From the IMG/VR virus record IMGVR_UViG_3300032242_000550, positions 1 through 64,000 of that record: 64,000 bases of DNA. One strand, written 5' to 3'. Numbering within the stretch: the first letter of the stretch is position 1; the number at the start of each line of letters is the position of its first letter. Shown piece after piece: positions 1 through 10,537 of the stretch. Source of the DNA: a virus. Below the pieces are notes generated by a model that was given only the letters and a program-made list of their open reading frames with translations, was not told the origin of the DNA and ran no database searches. The translations under genes and the position numbers were made by a program.

Positions 1-548
1 ATATTCAAATCAAGACCACGCATAAAGTCTGTTGGCAATTCTTCCATATCTGGATCCATCAAACTAGATTTGATGATTGTAAAGATTTGTGGACTAATAA
101 TAAATCTACGAATCGGGTTAGCTGGTGTTTTATCTTCACCAATTGGGTTTTGACGAACAAAACCTTGGAACAAATAACTACGTTTCTTCCAGTATTTGTT
201 TGCCAATTCTTTCAAGCTTTCATCTTTATACCAAGGACGAACTTCAGTTAAGATTGGGCATTGTGCTTTTGGATCATACATCTCAACGCAAGGTACTTGT
301 ACTTCAATACGTTTAACGTTAGGATCACCCTTAACTCCATTGAATGGAAGTTTAATAATTTGTCGTTCTACCCAGAAGTATGGGTTATTGCTATCTGCAT
401 CAGGCAATAGACGCAATGTAGCTGTTGTGCCTTCGTCCATGTTCCAGTGGGGGTAGATAGAGTTATCTGATGTTTTCTGTGTTGAACCAGAATTTGATTT
501 ATTTTCTTGTGCCGCAATGCGGGCACGAATTTCTGCTAATGATGCCAT
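1..548 (-). CDS. T4 gp32-like single-stranded DNA-binding protein (3' end runs off the window; absent from the ORF track)
   Basis: Manual translation from ATG at 548: MASLAEIRARIAAQENK...IYPHWNMDEGTTATLRLLPDADSNNPYFWVERQ...VPCVEMY...CPIL...ANKYWKKRSYLFQGFV, open to position 1. The LRLLPD, Cys...CP and KRSY pattern fits gp32-family SSB. AAGGA Shine-Dalgarno upstream. Confidence 0.8.
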   Translation of the reverse strand, partial: MASLAEIRARIAAQENKSNSGSTQKTSDNSIYPHWNMDEGTTATLRLLPDADSNNPYFWVERQIIKLPFNGVKGDPNVKRIEVQVPCVEMYDPKAQCPILTEVRPWYKDESLKELANKYWKKRSYLFQGFVRQNPIGEDKTPANPIRRFIISPQIFTIIKSSLMDPDMEELPTDFMRGLDLN

Positions 549-619
549 GATTTTATTTCCTTATAAATTGAGATGGTCTCTTTTTTAATATTCGCCACTA
601 CCTATTAGTGACTAACACA

Positions 620-664
620 AGAGATAGTATAGCAGACTATCTCTGTATGTCAATAGTATTTATC
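620..664 (-). promoter_or_regulatory. Dual promoter of the SSB gene: late-type GATAAATA box plus sigma70 TTGACA-N16-TATACT overlapped by a 9-bp inverted repeat
   Basis: Minus strand GATAAATA 664-657, TTGACA 653-648, TATACT 631-626; inverted repeat AGAGATAGT (620-628) / ACTATCTCT (636-644). Confidence 0.6.
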
Positions 665-699
665 CCTGTTATGGGTAAATACATTTTTTATATAGGTTT

Positions 700-2133
700 T
701 TAACCCTTTTTAATGTAATCTAAACCGATTAGATTGTCCAACATACGTGCATATGTTTTATCTAATCCTTCAGTAAACAAATCAAGTTGGTTTCTTACAG
801 GTTCTTCCCATAATTTACTTTTAACTACTACTAACCAATTATTAACTTGTTCTGCTGTTAGTGGTGTATCTTCATCTGCTAGATTATATAGCATAGGAGT
901 ATATTTTTCTACGATGTAATGTATTTGTTCATCTGAATATTGTCTATCAGCTTTTTCCAAATCTCTCCAATATTTATTTTTAAATATTCTAACCAATGCA
1001 GGTAAATGTTTTGACAGCCATTCATCATATTCTTTATTACCATATTTTTGTAATGGCTTAATTGGTTTCTCTTGCACACCCTCAGCTAATTTTCTACCAA
1101 GCATATTTTCTGCACCTTTAGTGATATTCTTTTCTGATTCAGGACCTTTAGCTAATTGTCCTAATACATCTGCATTAGGTCCAGGGCCTGATCTAGGTTC
1201 TATACTTGAATCATTTTGTGCTTGTGCAGGATTAACAGCTAATTTACGAGTTACATCGTTAATCAAATCAAGCTTTGCACTGATTTCAGATTTCATATTA
1301 TTAATTTCTTCTGCATCTTGTTGCACACCGGCTCTTAATTGTAAGATGATACCTTTTTCTTTATCCATCTTTTTCAATTCATTACCAAAGTTATCAATTT
1401 CTTTTTGATAACCTTTAATAAGTTCTGCATATTTTTGAATTTCACCGGCGTGTGTTTGTTGCATAGAACCAACTTCACCTTTTTTCTTTTCAATATATTT
1501 TGCAAATCTGCCTTCTTTTTTATCCAAATCAGATTGAGTTTTACGTAATTGGTCTTCTAGTTTTTTATATAATTCATCTCCAACTGTTTTTTGATTGTTC
1601 AATGTGATTATCAACGAATTTACTTTTGCTAAATCTTTATCATCAACTGAAGGATTGTTAGCAATTTGTTTAATTTGTAGTTCTATATTTTTAAACTTCT
1701 CTGGATCCATACCAGGTTTAGTTTTCAACATTTCCAAATCTTTTTGTAATTTTTCTAAATCATCTGCACTAACTTTTGCTTTTTGTTGTGTTTGAGCACC
1801 GCCAGCAGTTAATGCACCGCTTAACTGTTTTAATCTAGCAACTTCACGATCGGTTTCTATTGATTGTTGTTCAAAGTCTTGTAGTTCTTGACCAAGTGAT
1901 TGTACTGCACCTCTTAGTCGTTCATTCTCACGTTTTTGAGTATCAATTAATTTATTTTGTGTAGTGTCAGTTTGTTCCTGATCACGCATCTGATCCGCAA
2001 TATACAATGTTAATGCCTGTTGACCATCATAGCCAGGATACTTCATCCTAGCTTTATGAATTAAATCTTTATCAATAGGCAAACCTTTAACAGTATTGCT
2101 ATTTTTTTCATTTAATAATGATGCAATTTTCAT
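700..2133 (-). CDS. Coiled-coil phage protein, possibly head-internal or scaffold
   Basis: 477 aa, K/E/Q-rich heptads; N-terminus MKIASLLNE; start overlaps the upstream stop. Confidence 0.55.
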   Translation of the reverse strand: MKIASLLNEKNSNTVKGLPIDKDLIHKARMKYPGYDGQQALTLYIADQMRDQEQTDTTQNKLIDTQKRENERLRGAVQSLGQELQDFEQQSIETDREVARLKQLSGALTAGGAQTQQKAKVSADDLEKLQKDLEMLKTKPGMDPEKFKNIELQIKQIANNPSVDDKDLAKVNSLIITLNNQKTVGDELYKKLEDQLRKTQSDLDKKEGRFAKYIEKKKGEVGSMQQTHAGEIQKYAELIKGYQKEIDNFGNELKKMDKEKGIILQLRAGVQQDAEEINNMKSEISAKLDLINDVTRKLAVNPAQAQNDSSIEPRSGPGPNADVLGQLAKGPESEKNITKGAENMLGRKLAEGVQEKPIKPLQKYGNKEYDEWLSKHLPALVRIFKNKYWRDLEKADRQYSDEQIHYIVEKYTPMLYNLADEDTPLTAEQVNNWLVVVKSKLWEEPVRNQLDLFTEGLDKTYARMLDNLIGLDYIKKG

Positions 2134-4469
2134 TTTTTAATTCCGGCAATATTTAATATTCTTGCTAAATCATCACTACCTTCAATTACCGTTTCATTAG
2201 TTAACGGTGTATCCAACTTCTTAACTGGAGGTTTTGGTGTGGGATAATATGCAGATTTTGCACGTTTATCAGTACCTTTAATCTTTGGATTATCTACTCT
2301 AGGATTTACATGCTTCCATGGATCTAATGGATTACTCTCTTCACCTTCTCCAACTAAATCACCAATCGTTGCTGGCTTATTTGCTTTAGGACCTTTGTTA
2401 CGCCATTGTCCTGCTTCACCAGTAGCATAATCACCTGCGAATTCATCTTCTGCAACTTCTTCTTTACTACTATATTTGGCACGAATATTTTGCATTTTCT
2501 TTTCGCTAGCATGTTCACTTCCGGCTTTACGTAGTGCATCCATACCATCTTTACCATACTTCTTATTACCTAAGTATGCTTGCAATCCGCTTTCTTCAAC
2601 TTCTTCTTCCTCAAGAGTTGACATGCGTTTTTTCAATGCAGCCATACCTGCTGGACTTGTCATATTCTTTTCATCTGCTTTAGCTAAATCTTGTGTAGTG
2701 ACTTTCCAATCACCTCCTGCAGCCTTACGTTGTACTGCAGGTGTATTGATTTTTTGATCGGCTTGTTCTGCATCATCTAACCCTTCACCAACTGGTTTAT
2801 CTTTTGGTTCTGGTTTTTTACCAGTCTGCGGAACACCGGCTGACTTTTGTAATTTCTTAATTAGGTCCTCTTCACTTCCACCGCCTAATTTGTCAAATAC
2901 TTTACTACCAACTTTCTTAACAGTATCTAATATACCTTCATCTACTGTTTCATCTTCAGGAAGCACACCTTTAGGACCATGTTTGCCTTTACTCACTTGA
3001 ATGTTTTGTTTTAACTGATTAGCAGGGCCAGCGGCTAGTGTACCTTTACGACCTGTTCTATCTGTCTTACGTAAATCATCTGGCCCATGTTGTTTACGTT
3101 GACCCAATCTATCAAAATTAGGTTTTTTACCACCCCAACTAGGATAACTATTACCACCACGCAATGCCTTCATAGCATCACCTATAGAATGATATGTATC
3201 ATCAACGTCTACATTATTTTCGCTATCATGGTAATGAACTTCAATTTCACCAGTCTTCCAGTTATGCTCAATACTACCACTAGCATAATAACCACCTTCA
3301 CCGTCATCATACTCATACACTTCTATGTCAGGATCATGTGAATTTTCTTTGTGCCAGCCTGACCAATTACCACCAAGTGATTTGAGTGCTAGGCCTAGAT
3401 CGCCCTGACCTAATGGCCCTTTACCTTCAGGAATTCCAATTGGATTTAAAGCCTGTTGACCACCGTCACCCTCACTTAAACTATCAGCCCATTCACTTAA
3501 TTCATTAACTTCTTTCATCTCAGCTACTTTTTTATGTAACTTACTTAATATTGGCATTACACTTTCAATACGTGGATCTAATGTTTCTTGTACAAACAAT
3601 TCATTTAAGTTGTTTTCTTCACTTTCATCTTCCATTAATGGAGGAGTATATGATTCAAAATAACTATTGTAACCACGTGATCCGCGCATCTTGCTTAATG
3701 ATTCACGCAAACTTTGATAGTGGTTAATACCCTCGTTAACCAATTGTTGTGCTGATTCATTGAACTGATTATTACGTACAGCACGTACAAAACCAGACAT
3801 TTTATTATATTCTTCACATAATCCAACAATATGATTCCAACGATCATCATGAGGTAGTCCACCTTCAGCTAAATGACGGGCATATATCTGTGCAACACCT
3901 GGTTTAGTTGTAGGAGCAAGAATTCTTTCACCTTGTGTATTCTCCAAAAAGATACGGTTTACATTACGATAACGCTGTTCACCTTCTTCAATTTGACGAG
4001 TGTGTTCAATAACAATCTTAACTGTTGGAATATTGTCATTATAACTAGCTTTCTTACCCATTGGATAATAGCCTTCTGATATTCTTTCTTGCTTTTTCAT
4101 ATGTTCCCTTTTTGCCATATCATATTTTAAATGGTCTCTGTTTTTAACTTCAAAACTCAATTGGTGTTGCTGTGCAAAACGCTTTAAATGATTTAATAGT
4201 TTATACCATGAATCATCTCCACCATTATCTTCTTTCTCACTATTAGCAACATCATCACCAAAATAGATTATTAACTTGTGTAATCCATCAATAGATGCTG
4301 TTACCGTGCCATATTCTTCACCGTCTTTAGTAAATTTAAACTGAAAGACTTCTGCTTCTTCTGGAACTGGAATTTCCTTACCAGAAGTATCTAATAATGT
4401 AGGAGCATAACCTCTACTACGTAATAACTCAAATAATGAGCGGTTAATTGATTCTTGATTTTTAGCCAT
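2130..4469 (-). CDS. Putative prohead core / head-internal protein with acidic low-complexity C-terminal half
   Basis: 779 aa next to the terminase; late box just upstream; many [ILV]-x-E sites; C-terminal DDLARILNIAGIKK. Confidence 0.55.
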   Translation of the reverse strand: MAKNQESINRSLFELLRSRGYAPTLLDTSGKEIPVPEEAEVFQFKFTKDGEEYGTVTASIDGLHKLIIYFGDDVANSEKEDNGGDDSWYKLLNHLKRFAQQHQLSFEVKNRDHLKYDMAKREHMKKQERISEGYYPMGKKASYNDNIPTVKIVIEHTRQIEEGEQRYRNVNRIFLENTQGERILAPTTKPGVAQIYARHLAEGGLPHDDRWNHIVGLCEEYNKMSGFVRAVRNNQFNESAQQLVNEGINHYQSLRESLSKMRGSRGYNSYFESYTPPLMEDESEENNLNELFVQETLDPRIESVMPILSKLHKKVAEMKEVNELSEWADSLSEGDGGQQALNPIGIPEGKGPLGQGDLGLALKSLGGNWSGWHKENSHDPDIEVYEYDDGEGGYYASGSIEHNWKTGEIEVHYHDSENNVDVDDTYHSIGDAMKALRGGNSYPSWGGKKPNFDRLGQRKQHGPDDLRKTDRTGRKGTLAAGPANQLKQNIQVSKGKHGPKGVLPEDETVDEGILDTVKKVGSKVFDKLGGGSEEDLIKKLQKSAGVPQTGKKPEPKDKPVGEGLDDAEQADQKINTPAVQRKAAGGDWKVTTQDLAKADEKNMTSPAGMAALKKRMSTLEEEEVEESGLQAYLGNKKYGKDGMDALRKAGSEHASEKKMQNIRAKYSSKEEVAEDEFAGDYATGEAGQWRNKGPKANKPATIGDLVGEGEESNPLDPWKHVNPRVDNPKIKGTDKRAKSAYYPTPKPPVKKLDTPLTNETVIEGSDDLARILNIAGIKK

Positions 4470-4490
4470 ATTGTATTTATCTTTTATGTC

Positions 4491-6038
4491 TTAGCTTATG
4501 ACCGCAAAGAAGGGCAACGGAGCTAGATATTCATCGTGGTCACGTATCTGTGTCTCTAAATTAACATGATAATCACTTAAATGCTGTAACATACGTGTTA
4601 CCAACAAACTAGCCATTATCAAATCGTCCGTATCACCAATTTTGGCGGCATAACTACCACCATGTGCTACAAACGCTTTTAATTCACTTATAAGACTACG
4701 ACTATTTACAGTCATTTTTTTACTTTCAACCAATGTTTTGAACTTAGCACAGCTTGCTAATTTGCTTTTATTTGTTGTGTTGAATCCTCTACGGCCTTTA
4801 CCTGCTTCACTAATAAAGATACCCGGGATATTGCTTTCCCCATATTCATTTAGTGATACGATAGCGGCTTCACCGATGCCATTACATTCAATACTGTAAT
4901 AGATACTATTGGGTTCGTTGGTACATTCTGCTATATATTTGTTTATTTGTGCTAGTAGTTTGATTTGGTTTGGGATATCAGTTTTGTTATGTTTCCATTC
5001 ACCAACCTGGGTAGTTGTATTTGCTTCAAAGATTTGTATAGCTGCCGGATCACCACCTGTACCAAGACTTGGATCTAATCCCACACAATAGATATTACCT
5101 TTCTTTGGCTTCTCATACCAACGAACTTGACCTATGCGACTTACAGGTTCTATACCTTCCATCATTAATAATGTATTTGGATTAATCAATGTCTCATCAG
5201 CAATAATGAATTCACAACCAATCTCTCGGTTGAAACGATCCTCACCAAGCTGTGCTTTCATTTCATCAGCCCACTTTTGGTCTCGTCCTGGTTGTTCATT
5301 CCAATATGCTCTATATGCCCTAAACCCGTTTATACCTAGTTCTGTTGTGTTACCAAAATCATCTTCCGTCTTGTTAGCACTTTTCCAAATGAAGGCAAAC
5401 TGATCCTCATCGCTGTTTGGTGTACTTGTGATAATCGCTTTACCACCAGTACTCAATGTAGGAGTAATAGATGTCCAGAATTCTTTAGCGATACTTGGTC
5501 TAACGAACGCAAATTCGTCCAGATATAATAGTGTAATAGACATACCACGACCTGTATTTTCAGTAGTTGTTGCTGATACAATACGACTACCATTCTCAAA
5601 GTCTAATGAGCCTTTGTTGTATGTTGTTACACCTGCTTTAATATGATCAGGACAGTTTTCATATGCATAGCGAATACGTTGCATAATCTCTTGTGCACCT
5701 GTATACTTGTGTGCCGCAACTAAGATAGTACTGTCTGGCACAAACATGGCGTACCACAGTAAGTATCCTGCGGCACTAGTTGACTTACCTGATTGTCGTG
5801 GCATCAATGAGATAGAGTAACGATATCTATGATATGTATCAATCAATCGTTCCTGATAAGGCCAAGGGTGATACAACATACTACCTCTTGTGGGGTGTTG
5901 TATGTAGAAGAAGTTATCCATAAAATATAGATAACCATTAATTGGGTCACAGCATTTGATAAAATCCTGTAGTTCTTTATCAGTTTTAAAAACTGTTTTA
6001 GTATAAGGATTCTTTACTAGTGATGGTGAATTACTCAT
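4491..6038 (-). CDS. terL: Terminase large subunit (T4 gp17-like)
   Basis: PWPYQ adenine-binding motif, Walker A MPRQSGKST, Walker B LLYLDEFAF, coupling motif ITSTPN, nuclease GLDPSLG...DPAA and C-terminal DDLIMA. Confidence 0.95.
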   Translation of the reverse strand: MSNSPSLVKNPYTKTVFKTDKELQDFIKCCDPINGYLYFMDNFFYIQHPTRGSMLYHPWPYQERLIDTYHRYRYSISLMPRQSGKSTSAAGYLLWYAMFVPDSTILVAAHKYTGAQEIMQRIRYAYENCPDHIKAGVTTYNKGSLDFENGSRIVSATTTENTGRGMSITLLYLDEFAFVRPSIAKEFWTSITPTLSTGGKAIITSTPNSDEDQFAFIWKSANKTEDDFGNTTELGINGFRAYRAYWNEQPGRDQKWADEMKAQLGEDRFNREIGCEFIIADETLINPNTLLMMEGIEPVSRIGQVRWYEKPKKGNIYCVGLDPSLGTGGDPAAIQIFEANTTTQVGEWKHNKTDIPNQIKLLAQINKYIAECTNEPNSIYYSIECNGIGEAAIVSLNEYGESNIPGIFISEAGKGRRGFNTTNKSKLASCAKFKTLVESKKMTVNSRSLISELKAFVAHGGSYAAKIGDTDDLIMASLLVTRMLQHLSDYHVNLETQIRDHDEYLAPLPFFAVIS

Positions 6039-6073
6039 AATGAGTATTTATTTGGTTAATAACCTGTTTATAA

Positions 6074-9000
6074 TTAAGACCAAGTGCCGGCTGATGTGTT
6101 AGCACCTATCGCACCTAATGGCATTAATCTAACATACGACCCTGCATTTATAGTCCAAGTTACAGGAGTGTTTTGATCCTGACTTACCATAAAGTTAACA
6201 TTACCGCCAGTAGTAACATCTATCGTGCCCTGTATTATATTATGAGTAAATGTAGCAGTATCTGCTACAGTCTGTGCCGTAGTGATTGCGGCGCCAGTAG
6301 CATTTTGACTCATCATGGTAATACCAGCAGAATATGCATCAATAGCTGTAGTTTTATTAGATATTACATTATAATTATGTTGCGCTACTGCTACACCACT
6401 ACCCAATGCTAATGCATAACTTAATACACCTGCCTTGCTACATTGTGAATTGAATAATATTTCATATTGATAGCGAGTGTTTGATGCTAGTGTAACACCA
6501 TTTGTTAATCCAAATAAACTGAGCAATGTATTTTTAGCATTACCAATACTTTGTTGAGCATTCAATACAAATACAAGTTGATTGCCACCTACCCCGTTAA
6601 CTGTGCTTATGCTAGCCCATGATAAGTTACCAGAACCATTTGTTAGTAGAATATTGTTAGCACTACCACCAGAAATGTGTAAATTAGCTACTGCGCCAAG
6701 TGTGACATTGCTTGTGTTGGCAAAATTAACCACACCGTTACTAGTAAATCCAGTTAGTGTACCAACACTAGTAATGTTAGGTTGACTATTTGTATAGACT
6801 GTGCCTGCTACTAATGCATTACCTACTTGCCCCGATACATTAGCTCCCGCTACACTGTTAGCTGTTGCCGCAAATGATACTTGTCCACTTACATTGGCAC
6901 CTGCTACACTATTAGCTGTCGTTGCAAATGCAACTGCACCTGTGACATTGGCGCCGGCTACTGCATTGGCTGAGGCAGCAACTGTTGCACTTGCTACAGT
7001 ACCGCTTACATTAGCACCTGCTACTGAGTTAGCTGTTGTTGCATATGCAACTGCACCTGTGACATTAGCGCCGGCTACGCTATTTGCTGTTCCAGCTGTT
7101 ACTGCATATGTTGCATTAGCTACAGTACCGCTTACATTAGCACCTGCTACTGCGTTGGCTGTTGTTGCATACGCCACTGCACCTGATACATTAGCACCAA
7201 CTACAAAGTTAGCAACTGCGGCATAATTTACTTGACCACTAACATTGGCGCCGGCTACACTATTGGCTGTATTAGCAATATTGCTATTACCTGTAATACT
7301 AATGCCCCATGTTCCGGTTGCATTAGTACCATCGGTCTTTGGAGCGCCTACTGTGTTATAACTGATTGTTACTGCACTACCACCGTTAAATGTAGCACCA
7401 CTAGCTGAGCCAGTGCCGCTATTATTGATTGTCAATGAATGTGTAACATTACCTGCATATGCCGCATAGTTAGCATTAGCAACTGTACCAACAATGTTAG
7501 CACTATTGATATTTGATATTTGATATCCATTACCAGAAAGATTAGCATTAATATTTCCTGTAATATTTGCACCATTCAAATTAGTTAATCCGGCACCGTT
7601 GCCTGCCAATGTATTAGCAGTAAAGTTGTTTGCCTTCAGGTTACCTGAATAGTCTTTTAGCTGTGGACCATATGTCATAGCGCCGGTGCTAGTATTATAT
7701 GTAATAATGTTACCTAATCCATCTCCACTACCAACACCTGACACATAGAACCCACCGTTTAAACTAATGCCTTGACTTCCACCACCCCAAATCAGATTAC
7801 CATCTGTTTTCATTTGGAATATTGTATTGTCATCGCCATCAGTAACAATTACATTACCTTTAATTGTAGTATCAGTTTCGCTGATAGTCAAATGAACATT
7901 ATCACTTGTTGTACCACCTGCGACAAACTTAACTACTTCACCTGTAGTGTCCGTACCAATTACTAAATTACCTTGATTGATAAACAAGTAACCATCATTT
8001 GCTGTTGTGCTATTGAATGCAGGATCGGTATAGTTGCTACCATTGATACCCATATCAATATAGTGATTGCCATCGTTACCTATGTCATTTACAAGAACTA
8101 AATCACTTGATGCGCTTGTGCCCGGACTATGGTTTTGACTTACAATTTGACTGTAACTATTAACATTGCTATCTACTTGAACATATGCATTTGGATAATC
8201 TAATTGTTCATTTATTAAACCAAAATGTCCACCGTTCTGTACATTTAAGAAATCTATATTAGCATTGGCAGCCAACAAATTATTAGTTGTTAATCCAGCA
8301 CCATCTGTGTTCCACGCATTGTTTGGTAAGTCATATAGAATACTTACTTTGTAACTTGAACTATTGTTGCCAAGAACAATACCACCCTGATTAATCTGAC
8401 TGTTACTCGTTGAGTTAGCCGCTAAGTATAATACTTTGCTATCTAAGTTAGCACTATTAGCAGTAGTTGTTGTACCGTTAACTGTTAAGTTACCAGTGAT
8501 TGTTAAGTTAGCAAAAGTCAATGTTGAACTTGTGTTTAAATCTTGCGGAGCACTGATATTAAAGTTTTGTCCACCTAAATCAGTGACAATGATTCTATTT
8601 GCAGTACCGGTTATGCTTTGTACACCAGTAGCGTCAATACCTACATCACCTACTGTAGCTGTTTGTGTTAAACCTAAACCAACTGTTACACTAGTAACCG
8701 CGCTGGTATCATTGAACGCTGTGTTTTGATATGTGTCATCAGCAAATGTAATGCCTCCGTTACCGTTATAAGTTCCAGTACCAGTTCCTCTAGTTGAAGT
8801 ATTTGGTAGAGTAAGACCTTTTGGTGTTATAAATGCTGATAGAGTTTTAGCATTAGAGCCAGTATTTCCTAAAGGTGTTGTATAAAAGTTTATCTGTGAG
8901 CCTGCATTAGAATCAGTAAAAGTTTGTGAGGCTGCAAGTTCAATAGTAGTACCACCTACAGGATATCCTGTAGTCCCGTAGCCAACACCGCTTAAGCGTA

Positions 9001-10528
9001 AAAATGTGTCTCCGGCTTGTGTGGCTGTGGGGGTAGTATAATTGCCTCTTGAAATGCGACTGGTTATTACTGAGTATGCACCACTACCAGCAAAAGTTCC
9101 AACAGCATCTAATGTAATACGACTAGCATTACTTTCATTGCCAACAATGTGTAACATACCACCTGGGTTAGATACATTAGGATATGTACCTGAAATACTA
9201 CCATTGATAAGCATTGCTCCGGGAGTATTTCCTGGTTGAGCACCAGTATCAATTCGTACTTTACCGTCACTTGTGACTTTGAATGTTTTATGTCCAGCAC
9301 TATCACTAACTGTTAGTGGACGATTAATGTTAAGATTACCAGTTGCTCCTGGTGTACCAATGTTGAATTCTTCTGCTGGATTATCTAGGTAGAGTGTATT
9401 ACCACTCATAATAAACTGTCCAACTGTTAATCCAGTACCACCATTGATAATCAAGTTGCCGTTGTTTGCACCGATACTTTGGTCAATACCTAAATATGTA
9501 TCATAAATGTAAATTGTGTTACTACCAAAGTATGCTTGCTTGATTCTACGAGTAGGAGAACCAAGAGTAAATGTGTCATCAGTGAGTGGTACTAGGTTCC
9601 CAGCCCAAATAATACCTCCACCAGAACCCGGAGTTAATACAATATCAGTATTAGCCGATGTGGTAACTGCAAGTCCAGCATTCAATGTTTGTCTTGCTAC
9701 TGGAATCAGTGTACCGTATGTTGGAACAGGTGTTGTTAATCCATAGAATGTACTAGATGTTACTACAACATTGCTATTACCACCAGTACCAATGTATACA
9801 ACATCACTGGGAACAGGAACGCCTGCACCAGATAACACATCATTTATTTCTAGTTTTGGACTAGGTGTTGTTGTAAACTGAAATACTGCCCACGGTGCTG
9901 GAACTTCATTAGGATTTCCATAACTACCTGCAGGTAATGCGGTTAATGTTCCATCACTATTTGCTAATATTTGATTTAGAGTTAATGTAGCAATAACATA
10001 TACAATTGCCGCATTGCCACTTAATAGTGTACCTGTTGGTATTGCTACCTTATCGGTGTATAGTGTATTGCTACCAGTATTAAATCTTAGATTACCACTG
10101 GCACTAAAATTACCATTGTTGTTGAATTGTAGTTCTGTTGTGTTTCCTGCGGCTGCACCGGTCAAATTGACATTAGTTAAGTTACCACCATCACCCGAGA
10201 AATATGTTGCGGATAATACATTTGTTGAACTATCAAAGGTAAAGCTAGGACTAGCACCAAAGTTACCACTATTATTATATTGTACCCAAGTGTTTGATCC
10301 ATATACAGTACCGTTACCAGAACCACCGCCAATTAATATACCGCCCGGTGTATTACCGTCACTAGAATAAAAATTGTTACGTGCCGGATCCCACCAAATG
10401 CGTCCCGCTTGACCTACAAAGTTTGCGGTGTTTGATGTGGCTTCTTGAGTATTGCCATCTACAAAGTTGTCACGGCTAGTAAATAGTTTTTGAATAAAAA
10501 CTGTATTGTTGGTGTTACCACTGCTCAT
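6074..10528 (-). CDS. Long tail fibre / adhesin-like virion protein
   Basis: 1484 aa G/N/T/S/A-rich; VQYNNSGNF and LQFNNNGNF repeats, LGSPTRR motif, SQPNITSVGTL motif typical of phage fibres; internal tandem repeats. Confidence 0.8.
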   Translation of the reverse strand: MSSGNTNNTVFIQKLFTSRDNFVDGNTQEATSNTANFVGQAGRIWWDPARNNFYSSDGNTPGGILIGGGSGNGTVYGSNTWVQYNNSGNFGASPSFTFDSSTNVLSATYFSGDGGNLTNVNLTGAAAGNTTELQFNNNGNFSASGNLRFNTGSNTLYTDKVAIPTGTLLSGNAAIVYVIATLTLNQILANSDGTLTALPAGSYGNPNEVPAPWAVFQFTTTPSPKLEINDVLSGAGVPVPSDVVYIGTGGNSNVVVTSSTFYGLTTPVPTYGTLIPVARQTLNAGLAVTTSANTDIVLTPGSGGGIIWAGNLVPLTDDTFTLGSPTRRIKQAYFGSNTIYIYDTYLGIDQSIGANNGNLIINGGTGLTVGQFIMSGNTLYLDNPAEEFNIGTPGATGNLNINRPLTVSDSAGHKTFKVTSDGKVRIDTGAQPGNTPGAMLINGSISGTYPNVSNPGGMLHIVGNESNASRITLDAVGTFAGSGAYSVITSRISRGNYTTPTATQAGDTFLRLSGVGYGTTGYPVGGTTIELAASQTFTDSNAGSQINFYTTPLGNTGSNAKTLSAFITPKGLTLPNTSTRGTGTGTYNGNGGITFADDTYQNTAFNDTSAVTSVTVGLGLTQTATVGDVGIDATGVQSITGTANRIIVTDLGGQNFNISAPQDLNTSSTLTFANLTITGNLTVNGTTTTANSANLDSKVLYLAANSTSNSQINQGGIVLGNNSSSYKVSILYDLPNNAWNTDGAGLTTNNLLAANANIDFLNVQNGGHFGLINEQLDYPNAYVQVDSNVNSYSQIVSQNHSPGTSASSDLVLVNDIGNDGNHYIDMGINGSNYTDPAFNSTTANDGYLFINQGNLVIGTDTTGEVVKFVAGGTTSDNVHLTISETDTTIKGNVIVTDGDDNTIFQMKTDGNLIWGGGSQGISLNGGFYVSGVGSGDGLGNIITYNTSTGAMTYGPQLKDYSGNLKANNFTANTLAGNGAGLTNLNGANITGNINANLSGNGYQISNINSANIVGTVANANYAAYAGNVTHSLTINNSGTGSASGATFNGGSAVTISYNTVGAPKTDGTNATGTWGISITGNSNIANTANSVAGANVSGQVNYAAVANFVVGANVSGAVAYATTANAVAGANVSGTVANATYAVTAGTANSVAGANVTGAVAYATTANSVAGANVSGTVASATVAASANAVAGANVTGAVAFATTANSVAGANVSGQVSFAATANSVAGANVSGQVGNALVAGTVYTNSQPNITSVGTLTGFTSNGVVNFANTSNVTLGAVANLHISGGSANNILLTNGSGNLSWASISTVNGVGGNQLVFVLNAQQSIGNAKNTLLSLFGLTNGVTLASNTRYQYEILFNSQCSKAGVLSYALALGSGVAVAQHNYNVISNKTTAIDAYSAGITMMSQNATGAAITTAQTVADTATFTHNIIQGTIDVTTGGNVNFMVSQDQNTPVTWTINAGSYVRLMPLGAIGANTSAGTWS
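6830..7275 (-). repeat. Eight tandem ~18-24 aa repeats (ANSVAGANV[ST]GxVxxA) in the tail fibre
   Basis: GANV[ST]G occurs 8 times; DNA shows recurring acattagcacctgctac-like units. Confidence 0.9.
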
Positions 10529-10537
10529 AGCAACTCC

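Noticed and set aside
125-456. Plus-strand ORFs 125-316 and 196-456
   Set aside because: Antisense shadows of the minus-strand SSB gene that the track missed because it is truncated.
4491-6038. Intron or intein in terL or thyA
   Set aside because: Both frames are uninterrupted and of ordinary length; no homing endonuclease or intein motifs seen.
6173-10370. Many plus-strand ORFs opposite the tail fibre (likewise 48536-58171 opposite tail genes and 26236-26691 opposite the porin)
   Set aside because: Antisense frames kept open by codon bias and repeats; no RBS or recognisable motifs.
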